This document shows positions 9,415 to 18,919 of a stretch of 64,000 nucleotides of DNA, one piece after another. Positions within the stretch are counted from its first letter, which is position 1, and each line of letters opens with the position of its first letter. Position numbers and translations under genes: made by a program. This DNA comes from Lutibacter sp. Its GTDB lineage: Bacteria; Bacteroidota; Bacteroidia; Flavobacteriales; Flavobacteriaceae. Location: positions 108,345-172,344 of the forward strand of contig JAUYUA010000092.1 of the NCBI GenBank assembly GCA_030694935.1, written 5' to 3'. The notes below the pieces were generated by a model. The model saw only the letters and a program-made list of their open reading frames with translations. It made no database searches and had not been told where the DNA came from.

Positions 9415-9633
9415 TTATTTTTCTTTTTTCATTTCCTTCTTTTTTAAATCCATTTTGCATTTCGGACAAGAACCTGTTTTGTCGTATGTTTTTTCACCTT
9501 CACATTTCATTGGACAAGCGAAAGCAGCTTTTTCTGTTTTTTCAACTTTCATTTTTGCTTTTTCTTGGGCTTTTACGGTTGACATTGTAAAAAGTCCGAT
9601 TGACAATACTGCGATTAAAATTTTTGTTTTCAT
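9415..9633 (-). CDS. Small secreted heavy-metal-binding-domain protein (72 aa)
   Basis: Signal peptide, then FACPMKCEGEKTYDKTGSCPKCKMDLKK. This is nearly the same module as CopA residues 95-121. Lys-rich tail. Confidence 0.7.
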   Translation of the reverse strand: MKTKILIAVLSIGLFTMSTVKAQEKAKMKVEKTEKAAFACPMKCEGEKTYDKTGSCPKCKMDLKKKEMKKEK

Positions 9634-9737
9634 GAGATTCTGTTTTTGTAATTATTAATTTGCTTTATTATTTATTTGTTAACGTTTACTTTTCTTTTTC
9701 TTGTTGAAATATTTTTCCTTTTTTAAAGGTACTGCAA

Positions 9738-11501
9738 CTATTTAATTGTCGCCTTTGTTTCACCGCATTTTAGCATGTAAGCGCCAAAATACGGATTTTT
9801 TATTTCTTCAAATTGGCTTAACCAATTTGCGCCTTTATTGCCATCAACCATTGGGCAATGTTGAACATATAGTGTTTGGCCAAATGGTTTGAATGAATTC
9901 GTCAAAGCTATCATTGCTTCAGAAACAGGTTGAAATGCTTTCCGTACTTCTTCAATGTTTTTGAAGTTTGGCGCAGGTTGAAGTGCCAATTTCAAATTGT
10001 TTTGGTGCTTCATCCAAATTTCGTGCGATTCGCCCGTAAAAAGCGACATATCAACCTTGGAAAGCGCTGTTTGCATAGCGATTCCTGCTTTTTTTGCATT
10101 GGCAAAATGATCGGCTGCCAAAGCATCTTTCAAATTTAAATATTCCTGATAAAGCGGTTTTAATGCTTCTTTGGCTTTTGAACTGATTGCTGTTTTGGCA
10201 GTTTTTTCAGCTTTGGAAGTTGCTGTTTCGGTTTGGCTATTTTTTGTATTGACAACATTATTTTCCGGATTCATCATACTTGGTTTTCCCGCCAATTGCG
10301 CAGCGGCATCCACGGTAAAAGTACCATTTACCACTATTTCTTCCCCGTTTTCCAATCCCGATTTGATCACATAAGCGTCACCAAGTGAAGGTCCGAGCAT
10401 GACTTCCCGCAATTTAAAGTTGACTTTGTTTTCAGAAGTGCTTTTAACATAAACGATAGACCGTTCACCAGTCCACATCACCGCCGATTTTGGAATGACA
10501 ATTTCCGTGTTTCCTGTTTTGCTGATGTTGTTTTTTACAATCCCGGAAACGAACATTTCAGGTTTTAATTTATTTTCTGCGTTTTTAACTTCAATTCTTG
10601 CCGTGGCAACCCTGGTTTCGGGATTGATCATCGGATCTAAAAATGAAATGGTTCCTTCAAAATTTTCTCCGGGCAACGACTGGATGGTGTAACTCACTTT
10701 ATTGCCAATTTTCACCCACGGAATGTCGCTTTCATACACATCAAAAAGGATCCAGACTGATGACAAGTCGGCAATTTCATAAAGTGGCATACCACGTTCC
10801 ACATAGTCGCCCAATTCCACTTTTTTTGCCGTAACAATTCCGGAAACATCGGCTGAAATAGGAAATTGCTGAATAGGCTTTCCTGAGCTGATTATATTGT
10901 TGATCGATTTGTCTCCAATTTTCCAGTTTCTGAGCTTTTGCTTTGCGGCATCAAACAATTCGGGTTGCGAATTACGGATGCTGTAGGCCTGCAACAATTC
11001 TTCCTGGGCAGTCACCAATTCTGGGGAATAAACCATGGCCAATCGCTGACCGCGATTCACTTTTTCGCCCGTAAAATTAATGCTCAATTGCTCAATTCTT
11101 CCCGGTATGTGCGTAGATTGTGCATATAGTTTCCGCTCGTCAATTTGCACTTTGCCATTCAATCGCAACTCTTTGCTGGCTTCTTTTGAACCAACAATCA
11201 TAGTTTGAATATTTGCCAGTTTCATGGCGTTTTCAGACATTTGAAGGGCATTCGGATCTGCTTCGGAATGGTTATTTTCCAAAGGAATTAAATCCATTCC
11301 GCAGATAGGGCATTTTCCCGGTTCACTCATACGAATTTGAGGATGCATTGAGCAGGTCCAAATGGTTTCTTCAGAAATTTCGGTATTGTTTTCATTGGCC
11401 GATTTTTGAGAGTCATTTCCCCCAAAAAAGATCCAGCCCAACAAGAGTCCTGCAAGCAAGATCCCTGTCATTTTTACTATATTTTTAGTTTTTGTTGTCA
11501 T
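9738..11501 (-). CDS. cusB: RND efflux periplasmic adaptor (CusB-like) with N-terminal CxxH..CPxCGM module and C-terminal helical DUF3347-like extension
   Basis: [26 protein letters not shown], membrane-fusion-protein barrel/lipoyl layout, and position between the TolC-like and metal-binding genes. Confidence 0.8.
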   Translation of the reverse strand: MTTKTKNIVKMTGILLAGLLLGWIFFGGNDSQKSANENNTEISEETIWTCSMHPQIRMSEPGKCPICGMDLIPLENNHSEADPNALQMSENAMKLANIQTMIVGSKEASKELRLNGKVQIDERKLYAQSTHIPGRIEQLSINFTGEKVNRGQRLAMVYSPELVTAQEELLQAYSIRNSQPELFDAAKQKLRNWKIGDKSINNIISSGKPIQQFPISADVSGIVTAKKVELGDYVERGMPLYEIADLSSVWILFDVYESDIPWVKIGNKVSYTIQSLPGENFEGTISFLDPMINPETRVATARIEVKNAENKLKPEMFVSGIVKNNISKTGNTEIVIPKSAVMWTGERSIVYVKSTSENKVNFKLREVMLGPSLGDAYVIKSGLENGEEIVVNGTFTVDAAAQLAGKPSMMNPENNVVNTKNSQTETATSKAEKTAKTAISSKAKEALKPLYQEYLNLKDALAADHFANAKKAGIAMQTALSKVDMSLFTGESHEIWMKHQNNLKLALQPAPNFKNIEEVRKAFQPVSEAMIALTNSFKPFGQTLYVQHCPMVDGNKGANWLSQFEEIKNPYFGAYMLKCGETKATIK

Positions 11502-11502
11502 T

Positions 11503-12759
11503 TTATTCCTCTTTAGAAAGTAAATAATCTATTTGTGATTGTGCCGTAAATGCATTTTTATTTGCGGTTACTGTCGCTGTTTCAAGCATTAACAAATCTT
11601 GGTTCATCCTTAAGATTTCCTCAAAATCAGTTCCTGAATTGCTATAGGCAGCCAGCAGTAATTTGATGGCTTGGTTGGTGCTTTCCATTTGGTTTTTATA
11701 CAAATCTTTCAGCCTTTTGGCTTTTAACAAATTGTAATTGGCCATACTGTAACTCGCCTGTAAATTATTTTCGACGGCTTGTTTTTCATACGTTGTGACC
11801 TGCACCATTAATTCGGCTTCTTTTTGTGCGGCTTTATATTTTTTTCTGAAAATAGGAAGCGTTATCGTAACCATGGGCATAATGGCATCCTGGCCATTCA
11901 TTTCCAAATCAGGAACATCCCGTTTTGAAATAATGGAATAATCTACCCCAAGGCCAATCATTGGAAAGCCTTCTTTTTTTGCGATGATTTGCTCGGCTTC
12001 AAAAGAGGCTTTTTGTTTTTCCAATCGCAGCAATTTAGGATTTTTGGCAAATAAACTGTCTCTGTTTATGGCGGTTAAATTTTCATCAACAGGCAAAAAA
12101 TCAGGAATATTGATAAATTCATTCAAATCCCTGTTCAACATACTGTTAAATCCAATTTGTATCGGCTGATTTTGGTCTTTCAACAATTGTATGTTGGTGC
12201 CGCTTTCGTTTCTTTTGATGTCAATTCTTACCACATCAACCATAGCGCCTTTTCCATTTTTGAATTTGCTCAAGGAAAGTTCCCGATAGGTGTCTAAAAT
12301 TTGCAGGTTTTTTTCTTCGAGTTGAATCATTTGATTTAACTCATAAAGTTCGGCATACATTTTTTTGATGTTGAGATAAACCTCATTTTTGATGTCCACA
12401 TATTTTTGAAATGAAGCCTCGGCCATTAAATTGGCTGCATTTTCTTTGGCAGATAAAGTTCCAAACCAAGGAAACATTTGCATAAAGCTGAATCGCGCTT
12501 CCTGAGCTCCAATTCTGGTTTCTATCATACGGCCGAAAGCGCTCATCGTCAAACTTGGATCGGGCAATGAACTCACTTGCGGCGATTTTTGCATGGCAGC
12601 TTCAAACTCGGTATAAGCAGCTTTTACTTCAGGATTGTTTTGGGCTGCAATCACCAAATAATCTTTCAAGGTTTGGCTTTGCCCATTTATTGAATAAAAT
12701 GCCAATACAAATAGTAAATATCTGATATTTAATATTTTATATATATTTATCACTTTCAT
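11503..12759 (-). CDS. TolC-family outer membrane efflux protein (CusC-like)
   Basis: Signal peptide and two-repeat alpha-helical/beta-barrel OEP pattern. Its start overlaps the cusA stop, and its stop abuts the cusB start. Confidence 0.8.
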   Translation of the reverse strand: MKVINIYKILNIRYLLFVLAFYSINGQSQTLKDYLVIAAQNNPEVKAAYTEFEAAMQKSPQVSSLPDPSLTMSAFGRMIETRIGAQEARFSFMQMFPWFGTLSAKENAANLMAEASFQKYVDIKNEVYLNIKKMYAELYELNQMIQLEEKNLQILDTYRELSLSKFKNGKGAMVDVVRIDIKRNESGTNIQLLKDQNQPIQIGFNSMLNRDLNEFINIPDFLPVDENLTAINRDSLFAKNPKLLRLEKQKASFEAEQIIAKKEGFPMIGLGVDYSIISKRDVPDLEMNGQDAIMPMVTITLPIFRKKYKAAQKEAELMVQVTTYEKQAVENNLQASYSMANYNLLKAKRLKDLYKNQMESTNQAIKLLLAAYSNSGTDFEEILRMNQDLLMLETATVTANKNAFTAQSQIDYLLSKEE

Positions 12760-15700
12760 TGGTTATTTTTTTTAATTAACGACTCTCTCCAGGATGCCTG
12801 TAAAATGGGCACCACAAAAATGGTCATGATTTGAATAATCATTCCGCCAAATGCCGGAATTGCCATAGGAACCATAATGTCCGAACCTTTTCCTGTTGAA
12901 GTTAATACAGGAATCAATGCAATAATGGTTACCGCAGTGGTCATCATCGCAGGTCGAACGCGTTTTTTTCCTGCATCAATAACTGCAAGTCTCACTTCAG
13001 CAACTGTTTTTGGATCTCTTTCTTCAAAAACCTGATGAATATAAGTTCCCATCAGTACGCCATCATCCGTTGCAATTCCAAACAGGGCGATAAATCCAAC
13101 CCAAACGGCAACACTTAAATTAATGGTGTGCATTTGAAATAAATCGCGCATATTGATTCCGGAAACGTTGAAATTCATAAACCAATCTTGTCCCCAAAGC
13201 CAAATCATAATAAATCCGCCGGCAAAGGCAACAAAAACACCCGAAAAATGAATGGCAGATGCGGTAATTGTTTTAAATTGAAAGAACAGCAACATAAAAA
13301 TAATCAACAAACAAATCGGAATTACGATGGAAAGTCGTTTTACTGCCCGAACCTGATTTTCAAAACTACCGGAGAATTTATAGCTTACGCCGGCCGGAAC
13401 AACCAAAGCGCCGCTTTTAATTTTTGAATCGATAATTTCCTGTGCGTCTTCAACCACATCAACTTCAGCATTTCCTTCTTTTTTATCGAACAATACATAT
13501 CCCACTAAAAAAGTATCTTCGCTTTTAATCATTTGCGGGCCTTGCAAATACTCAATTGTCACCAATTCGCCCAAAGGTACTTGCGCCATCGTTGGGGTTG
13601 GAATTAAAATTTTCTTCAATTTTTCGGGATCATCACGCAATTCACGCGGATACCTGACACGAACGGAAAATCGTTCGCGACCCTCAACAGTTGTGGTAAT
13701 TGGCATTCCGCCAATAGCAGTTTCAATGGCTTGTTGGGTTTGTTCAATGCTTAACCCAAAACGCGCAATTTTATCTCTGTCGATATTGATATTCAAATAG
13801 GGTTTTCCAACAATTCTGTCTGCAAAAACGGCATCTGCTTTTACGGAAGGAACTTCTTTTAAAATGTTTTCAAGCTGCACGCCAAATTCCTGAATGGTGT
13901 TTAAATTGGGCCCATAAACTTTTATGCCCATCGGCGCTCGCATTCCTGTTTGGAGCATCACCAATCGGGTTTCAATAGGCTGTAATTTTGGCGCTGAGGT
14001 GATTCCCGGCAAAGCGGTCACTTTGATAATTTCATTCCAGATATCATTGGGCGTTTTAATTTGTTTTCTCCAATTTCTGAAATTATCACCATCATCATCC
14101 TGAATTAAATCTATTTTGGTAACGCCTTTTACAATGGCATCTTCATTGGAAAGTGAATCGCCCGATTTTAGAATAAAACGATCTTTATTGTCCGTTTTAA
14201 AAGTTTCTCTATGTCCTTTTTCATTTAATATGAATTCAGATTTGTAGCCAATCACATTCTCATACATCGAGATTGGCGCTGGATCCAAAGCGGTTTCTGC
14301 CCTTCCAAGTTTGCCCACGGCAACTTCAACTTCGGGTATGTTAATAACTGCCATATCCAACAATTGCAAGGTTTTGGTGGTTTCTTCAATCCCTGCGTGC
14401 GGCATAGAAGTTGGCATCAATAAAAAACTTCCTTCATTTAACGAAGGCATAAACTCTTTTCCAATTCCAGGGAATTTATGATGCATATAGGAATACACAG
14501 AAGTTGTTTTTAGGTTGAGGCCTATTTTATCAAATCCATTTGCTGCCCAGCCAAAAACACCGTTAAAACCAATCCAGATGAATAATCCAAAAAGGATGGT
14601 AAATAGCGGCAGCATTAAAAATTTTCGCTTGTTATTCAAGCACCAAACCAGAATTTCCTCATAATAATAAATCACAGAAATAATCATTGATAAAACCGAA
14701 GCAATGATAATGATGACCATTAGATAATTTGAAAACAAACTGTTTTGATGGCCAAGCGGCGCCCACGATTTTGTAAGAATTAACGTTGTAAATAGCAGGG
14801 CGATGCCAATGGTGATTAAATTTGAGTGTTTACCAATGTATTTTGGATAAATTGGCGCCAATATGTTTTTTAGTCCGATGAAGGTCAGCACCAAAGGAAT
14901 CAAGGTTGAAAACACAATGGCCAATACAATTCCGGAAACAATTAAGGTGATATTCCAAAATTTACTTATTTTTTGTTTTGAAAATTTAAAGCCAAAAATT
15001 AAATAGATAATCGTTGGCAAAAACACAACGCCAATTAAAAAGGAGGCTCCCAATGCAAAAGTCTTGGTGAAAGCCAGTGGCCTAAATAGTTTTCCTTCGG
15101 CATTTTCCATAAAAAATACCGGCAAGAAACTTACAATTGTGGTTGCAATGCCAACGGTTATTGCAGGCGCAATTTCTGTAGTTGCCTCATAAATTACATG
15201 GATAAGCTGTTTTCCTTTTTTGCCGATATTTTCTGGCATTTCAAAAAACCGGATGTTGTTTTCAACCAAAACAATGCCAACATCCACCATCACGCCAATG
15301 GCAATGGCAATTCCGGAAAGCGCCACCACATTGGCGTCAACACCGGCATAACGCATAATAATGAAAGTCATAATTACGGCCAAAGGCAACAAACTTGCAA
15401 TAATTACTGAGGCTCTTAAATTGAATAACAGAATGATGATTACAATAATACTGATGATAATTTCTTCTGTTAAGGCACTTTCTAAAGTTCCTATGGTTTC
15501 TTGGATTAGGCCAGTTCTGTCGTAAAACGGAACAATTGTTAACTGGCTCACCGTGCCGTCGGCCAAGGTTTTTTTAGGCAATCCGGTTGAAATTTCTTTG
15601 ATTTTAGTTTTTACATTGTTGATGACTTCCAGCGGATTTGAACCATAACGGGCAACCACAACACCGCCAACAACTTCGGCACCTTCTTTATCGAGTATGC

Positions 15701-16571
15701 CTCTTCTTGGTGCTGCGCCCAAACTTACCACAGCGAGCTCTTTTATAAGTACAGGCGTATTGTTTTTAACGGTCACCACCGCTTTTTCTATGTCTTCAAT
15801 AGATTTGATATAGCCCAAACCACGAACCATATACTCGGCTTTATTAATTTCAATGGTATTTGCACCAATATCTTTATTCGTATTTTTTACGGCCATCATC
15901 ACCATATCAAAGCCAATGTTGTAGGCTTTCAGCGCATCCGGATTAACATCAACCTGATATTCTTGCACGTGACCGCCAATTGAGGCCACTTCCGACACGC
16001 CATTGGCGGCATTCAGTCCGTATTTTATATAAAAATCCTGTATTCTTCGAAGTTCCGGCAAATCCCAACCGCCGGTTACATTGCCTTCAGCATCTCTTCC
16101 TTCCAACGTGTACCAAAAAACCTGTCCCAAAGATGTAGCATCAGGTCCAAGCATAGGTTTTGTGTCTGAAGGAAGCAGTCCGCTTGGAAGTGAATTCAGT
16201 TTTTCTAAAATCCGGCTTCTGCTCCAGTAAAATTCTACATCTTCATCAAAAATGATAAAAATGCTCGAAAATCCAAACATGGAAGTGCTTCGAATGGTTT
16301 TGACGCCTGAAATTCCAAGCAACGATGAGGTTAACGGATACGTAATTTGATCTTCAATATCTTGGGGAGATCTTCCTTCCCAGTCGGTGAAAACGATTTG
16401 TTGGTTTTCGCCAATATCAGGAATTGCATCAACAGGAACAGGGTCTTTTGGAATAAAACCAGTCTTCCAGTCAAACGGCGCTGTCGACAATCCCCAGCCA
16501 ATAAAGACGAGTAATAAAAGGATGGTTACTATGCGATTTTCTAAAAAATAGCGTATAATTTTATTAAACAT
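12756..16571 (-). CDS. cusA: CusA/CzcA-family heavy-metal RND efflux pump, long form (1,271 aa)
   Basis: RND 12-TM layout. Met residues in LLMPTS, PISMYE and LVMLQTG align by eye with the CusA three-Met Cu(I)/Ag(I) site. Extra hydrophobic segments follow TM6. Confidence 0.85.
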   Translation of the reverse strand: MFNKIIRYFLENRIVTILLLLVFIGWGLSTAPFDWKTGFIPKDPVPVDAIPDIGENQQIVFTDWEGRSPQDIEDQITYPLTSSLLGISGVKTIRSTSMFGFSSIFIIFDEDVEFYWSRSRILEKLNSLPSGLLPSDTKPMLGPDATSLGQVFWYTLEGRDAEGNVTGGWDLPELRRIQDFYIKYGLNAANGVSEVASIGGHVQEYQVDVNPDALKAYNIGFDMVMMAVKNTNKDIGANTIEINKAEYMVRGLGYIKSIEDIEKAVVTVKNNTPVLIKELAVVSLGAAPRRGILDKEGAEVVGGVVVARYGSNPLEVINNVKTKIKEISTGLPKKTLADGTVSQLTIVPFYDRTGLIQETIGTLESALTEEIIISIIVIIILLFNLRASVIIASLLPLAVIMTFIIMRYAGVDANVVALSGIAIAIGVMVDVGIVLVENNIRFFEMPENIGKKGKQLIHVIYEATTEIAPAITVGIATTIVSFLPVFFMENAEGKLFRPLAFTKTFALGASFLIGVVFLPTIIYLIFGFKFSKQKISKFWNITLIVSGIVLAIVFSTLIPLVLTFIGLKNILAPIYPKYIGKHSNLITIGIALLFTTLILTKSWAPLGHQNSLFSNYLMVIIIIASVLSMIISVIYYYEEILVWCLNNKRKFLMLPLFTILFGLFIWIGFNGVFGWAANGFDKIGLNLKTTSVYSYMHHKFPGIGKEFMPSLNEGSFLLMPTSMPHAGIEETTKTLQLLDMAVINIPEVEVAVGKLGRAETALDPAPISMYENVIGYKSEFILNEKGHRETFKTDNKDRFILKSGDSLSNEDAIVKGVTKIDLIQDDDGDNFRNWRKQIKTPNDIWNEIIKVTALPGITSAPKLQPIETRLVMLQTGMRAPMGIKVYGPNLNTIQEFGVQLENILKEVPSVKADAVFADRIVGKPYLNINIDRDKIARFGLSIEQTQQAIETAIGGMPITTTVEGRERFSVRVRYPRELRDDPEKLKKILIPTPTMAQVPLGELVTIEYLQGPQMIKSEDTFLVGYVLFDKKEGNAEVDVVEDAQEIIDSKIKSGALVVPAGVSYKFSGSFENQVRAVKRLSIVIPICLLIIFMLLFFQFKTITASAIHFSGVFVAFAGGFIMIWLWGQDWFMNFNVSGINMRDLFQMHTINLSVAVWVGFIALFGIATDDGVLMGTYIHQVFEERDPKTVAEVRLAVIDAGKKRVRPAMMTTAVTIIALIPVLTSTGKGSDIMVPMAIPAFGGMIIQIMTIFVVPILQASWRESLIKKNNQ

Positions 16572-16704
16572 AATAAGTTGATATTTTGATATTTAATTTA
16601 AGATGAAGCTGTTTTGTTGAGTAAAAAATAGCAACAAATGACTAAATAAGTATTTAAAGCATAAACAACTTTATAAAACCTAATCAGTAATTAAATAAAA
16701 AGTA

Positions 16705-17121
16705 TCAAATAAGGAAAACTTGATAAAGAATCGTAATTTCTTTATCGACCAGAGGTGGCGTATGATATTTATAAGGAACGCTGATTGCAGCTAAACCTTC
16801 AAATGAATTAACATAAGTATAAACAAAAGAAGCAACAAATATTTGTTGCTCAAAATTTAAAGAAGAAAAACTGGTATTTAATTCATTTTGACCCGTGAAT
16901 TGTGTCACTTCATCTTTGCAGCAATCGCTTTTTGAAAGTTCACAATCTCCAGAAGAAGCAGGTTTTTGCATTTCCATTCCGCAAGCTTCAGCTTTAGAAA
17001 ACACCCCAATATCAACCAAGTTGTGACCACAATAGTGCTCACTAAAGGTAAATGACATTGTAGAGAACAACACTACAAATGCCATCATAATTGCCGATAT
17101 TTTCCTTAAAATATGCTTCAT
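16705..17121 (-). CDS. Small secreted Cys-rich protein with HYC / CC / PP motifs (HYC_CC_PP-like family), first gene of the metal operon
   Basis: Signal/TM segment, then SEHYCGH, EACGMEMQ, DCELSKSDCCKDE, and HTPPLVD near the C-terminus. Confidence 0.55.
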   Translation of the reverse strand: MKHILRKISAIMMAFVVLFSTMSFTFSEHYCGHNLVDIGVFSKAEACGMEMQKPASSGDCELSKSDCCKDEVTQFTGQNELNTSFSSLNFEQQIFVASFVYTYVNSFEGLAAISVPYKYHTPPLVDKEITILYQVFLI

Positions 17122-17130
17122 AACGAATTA

Positions 17131-17138
17131 CAAAGATA
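17131..17138 (-). promoter_or_regulatory. Possible -7 box (TATCTTTG on minus strand) for the metal-resistance operon
   Basis: Matches TAnnTTTG but lies only about 10 nt from the annotated ATG. Confidence 0.25.
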
Positions 17139-17288
17139 CGAATTTTTTAAAGTGGTCGATTAAATTTTTGTTAAAACAAATAAAAAGCAGGTTTTTCAAC
17201 TCGGAAGATTTCAATAATAAATTGCAATCACTTTTAGTTTATCGTGCAATAAAATGCCTAACATTACTTTTAATAGGCATAATTATGA

Positions 17289-17296
17289 TATATTTG
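17289..17296 (+). promoter_or_regulatory. -7 box TATATTTG upstream of porP/sprF-like gene
   Basis: Matches TAnnTTTG, 20 nt upstream of the ATG at 17316. Confidence 0.4.
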
Positions 17297-17315
17297 GAAT
17301 TATTTTTCATCATCA

Positions 17316-18287
17316 ATGAAAGCACTTAAAACAGTTATTTTAATATTACTTTTTAGCATTCCAAACCTTGTAAAATCTCAGGAAACTCTGCCAATTTATT
17401 CTGATTATTTATCAGATAATGTGTATTTGGTGCATCCTGCGGCCGCGGGTGTTGGAAATTGCGGAAAATTAAGACTCACAGCTCGAAACCAATGGGCGGG
17501 AATAGAAGATGCGCCATCTTTGCAAACTTTGAGTGCACATACGCGCATTGGGGAAAGTATGGGCGTTGGCATCATTCTTTTTAATGATAAAAATGGCTAT
17601 CATTCCCAACAAGGCGTTCAGGGCACTTATGCTTATCATTTAAACTTCGGAAGAATGGAAGAAGTGAACCAATTGTCGTTCGGACTTTCTTTTATGGCCG
17701 TAAATAACAATGTTGATGAAAGCTCGTTTGTGATTCCTGATCCGGTAATTTCACAAATTATTCAAAGCGAGAGTTATTTCAATGCCGATTTTGGTGCGGC
17801 TTACCATAAAGGCGGATTTTTCTCCTATTTTACTGCGAAAAATATTATGTTATCTGCAAGAAATTTATACAATGATCGCTATGAATCTCTAAATTTAAGA
17901 AGGTATTTGGTGACATTGGGCTATTATTATGGACAGGGGAAAAGTTTGCAGTTGGAGCCTTCAGTTATGGCTCAGACCATTGAAAGAACAGGAGAGAAGT
18001 TTGTGGATTTTAATTTTAAAGTTTATAAAGATGTAGCAGATGCGCAACTTTGGGCAGCATTTTCATACAGAAAAGGATTTGACAATGCGGATACCGAGGA
18101 GCTCAATTATTTAACGCCCATTGTTGGGGTTAATTATAAAAATTTTATGGCTTCTTATACCTATACGAAGCAATCTGGCGAAATCTTGTTTGATGATGCA
18201 GGTTACCACCAAATTACCTTGGGCTTTAATTTTGGTTGCAGACCACCAAAAAGAGGCGGTTGCCCTAACATAAACGGCGCATTCTAA
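17316..18287 (+). CDS. PorP/SprF-family type IX secretion system membrane protein
   Basis: Signal peptide, YLVHPAAAG motif near the N-terminus, beta-strand-rich ~320 aa of typical family size, ending in an aromatic-rich C-terminus. Confidence 0.8.
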   Translation: MKALKTVILILLFSIPNLVKSQETLPIYSDYLSDNVYLVHPAAAGVGNCGKLRLTARNQWAGIEDAPSLQTLSAHTRIGESMGVGIILFNDKNGYHSQQGVQGTYAYHLNFGRMEEVNQLSFGLSFMAVNNNVDESSFVIPDPVISQIIQSESYFNADFGAAYHKGGFFSYFTAKNIMLSARNLYNDRYESLNLRRYLVTLGYYYGQGKSLQLEPSVMAQTIERTGEKFVDFNFKVYKDVADAQLWAAFSYRKGFDNADTEELNYLTPIVGVNYKNFMASYTYTKQSGEILFDDAGYHQITLGFNFGCRPPKRGGCPNINGAF

Positions 18288-18403
18288 TTTACGCCCTTCG
18301 ACGGAGCTTGTCTTGAGCGGAGTCGAAAGGCTCAGGATGACTGATTTTTAAACGATCAAAATAGCATATTCAATTTGCTATATTTTTTAAATAACAAACA
18401 AAA

Positions 18404-18919
18404 ATGATAATTAAAGAATTAAACGGAATAAAACCAATTTTTGGGGAAGACTGCTTTATCGCTGAAAACGCGGTAATAATTGGGGAAGTGATTATGGGGA
18501 ACCAATGCAGTATTTGGTACAATGCCGTGATTAGAGGCGATGTGCATTACATAAAATTGGGCAATAAGGTGAATGTTCAGGATGGTGCCGTAATTCACGC
18601 AACTTATCAAAAATCACCAACAAATATCGGGAACAATGTTTCGATTGGCCACAATGCCTTGGTTCATGGATGCACCATTCACGACAATGTGTTGATTGGA
18701 ATGGGCGCCATTATTATGGATGATTGTATTGTGGAAAGCAATTCCATCATCGCTGCCGGAGCGGTTTTAACTAAAGGAACCCACGTAAAATCTGGTTGTA
18801 TTTTCGCCGGAATGCCAGCGAAAAAAATAAAGGATATCAGTGAAGAATTGATTTCAGGAGAAATTAACAGAATTGCCGATAATTATGTTACTTATGCCGG
18901 TTGGTATAAGGAAGATTAG
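18404..18919 (+). CDS. Gamma carbonic anhydrase-family (hexapeptide-repeat, YrdA/PaaY-like) protein
   Basis: Left-handed beta-helix hexapeptide repeats, IGHNALVHGCTI, 171 aa. Confidence 0.85.
   Translation: MIIKELNGIKPIFGEDCFIAENAVIIGEVIMGNQCSIWYNAVIRGDVHYIKLGNKVNVQDGAVIHATYQKSPTNIGNNVSIGHNALVHGCTIHDNVLIGMGAIIMDDCIVESNSIIAAGAVLTKGTHVKSGCIFAGMPAKKIKDISEELISGEINRIADNYVTYAGWYKED

Noticed and set aside
6831-17121. Calling the Cu/Ag cluster a mobile element or genomic island.
   Set aside because: No integrase, transposase, tRNA target, inverted or direct flanking repeat was visible. Only the broken adhesin-PorP/SprF adjacency hints at insertion, so it is reported as a finding rather than annotated as mobile.
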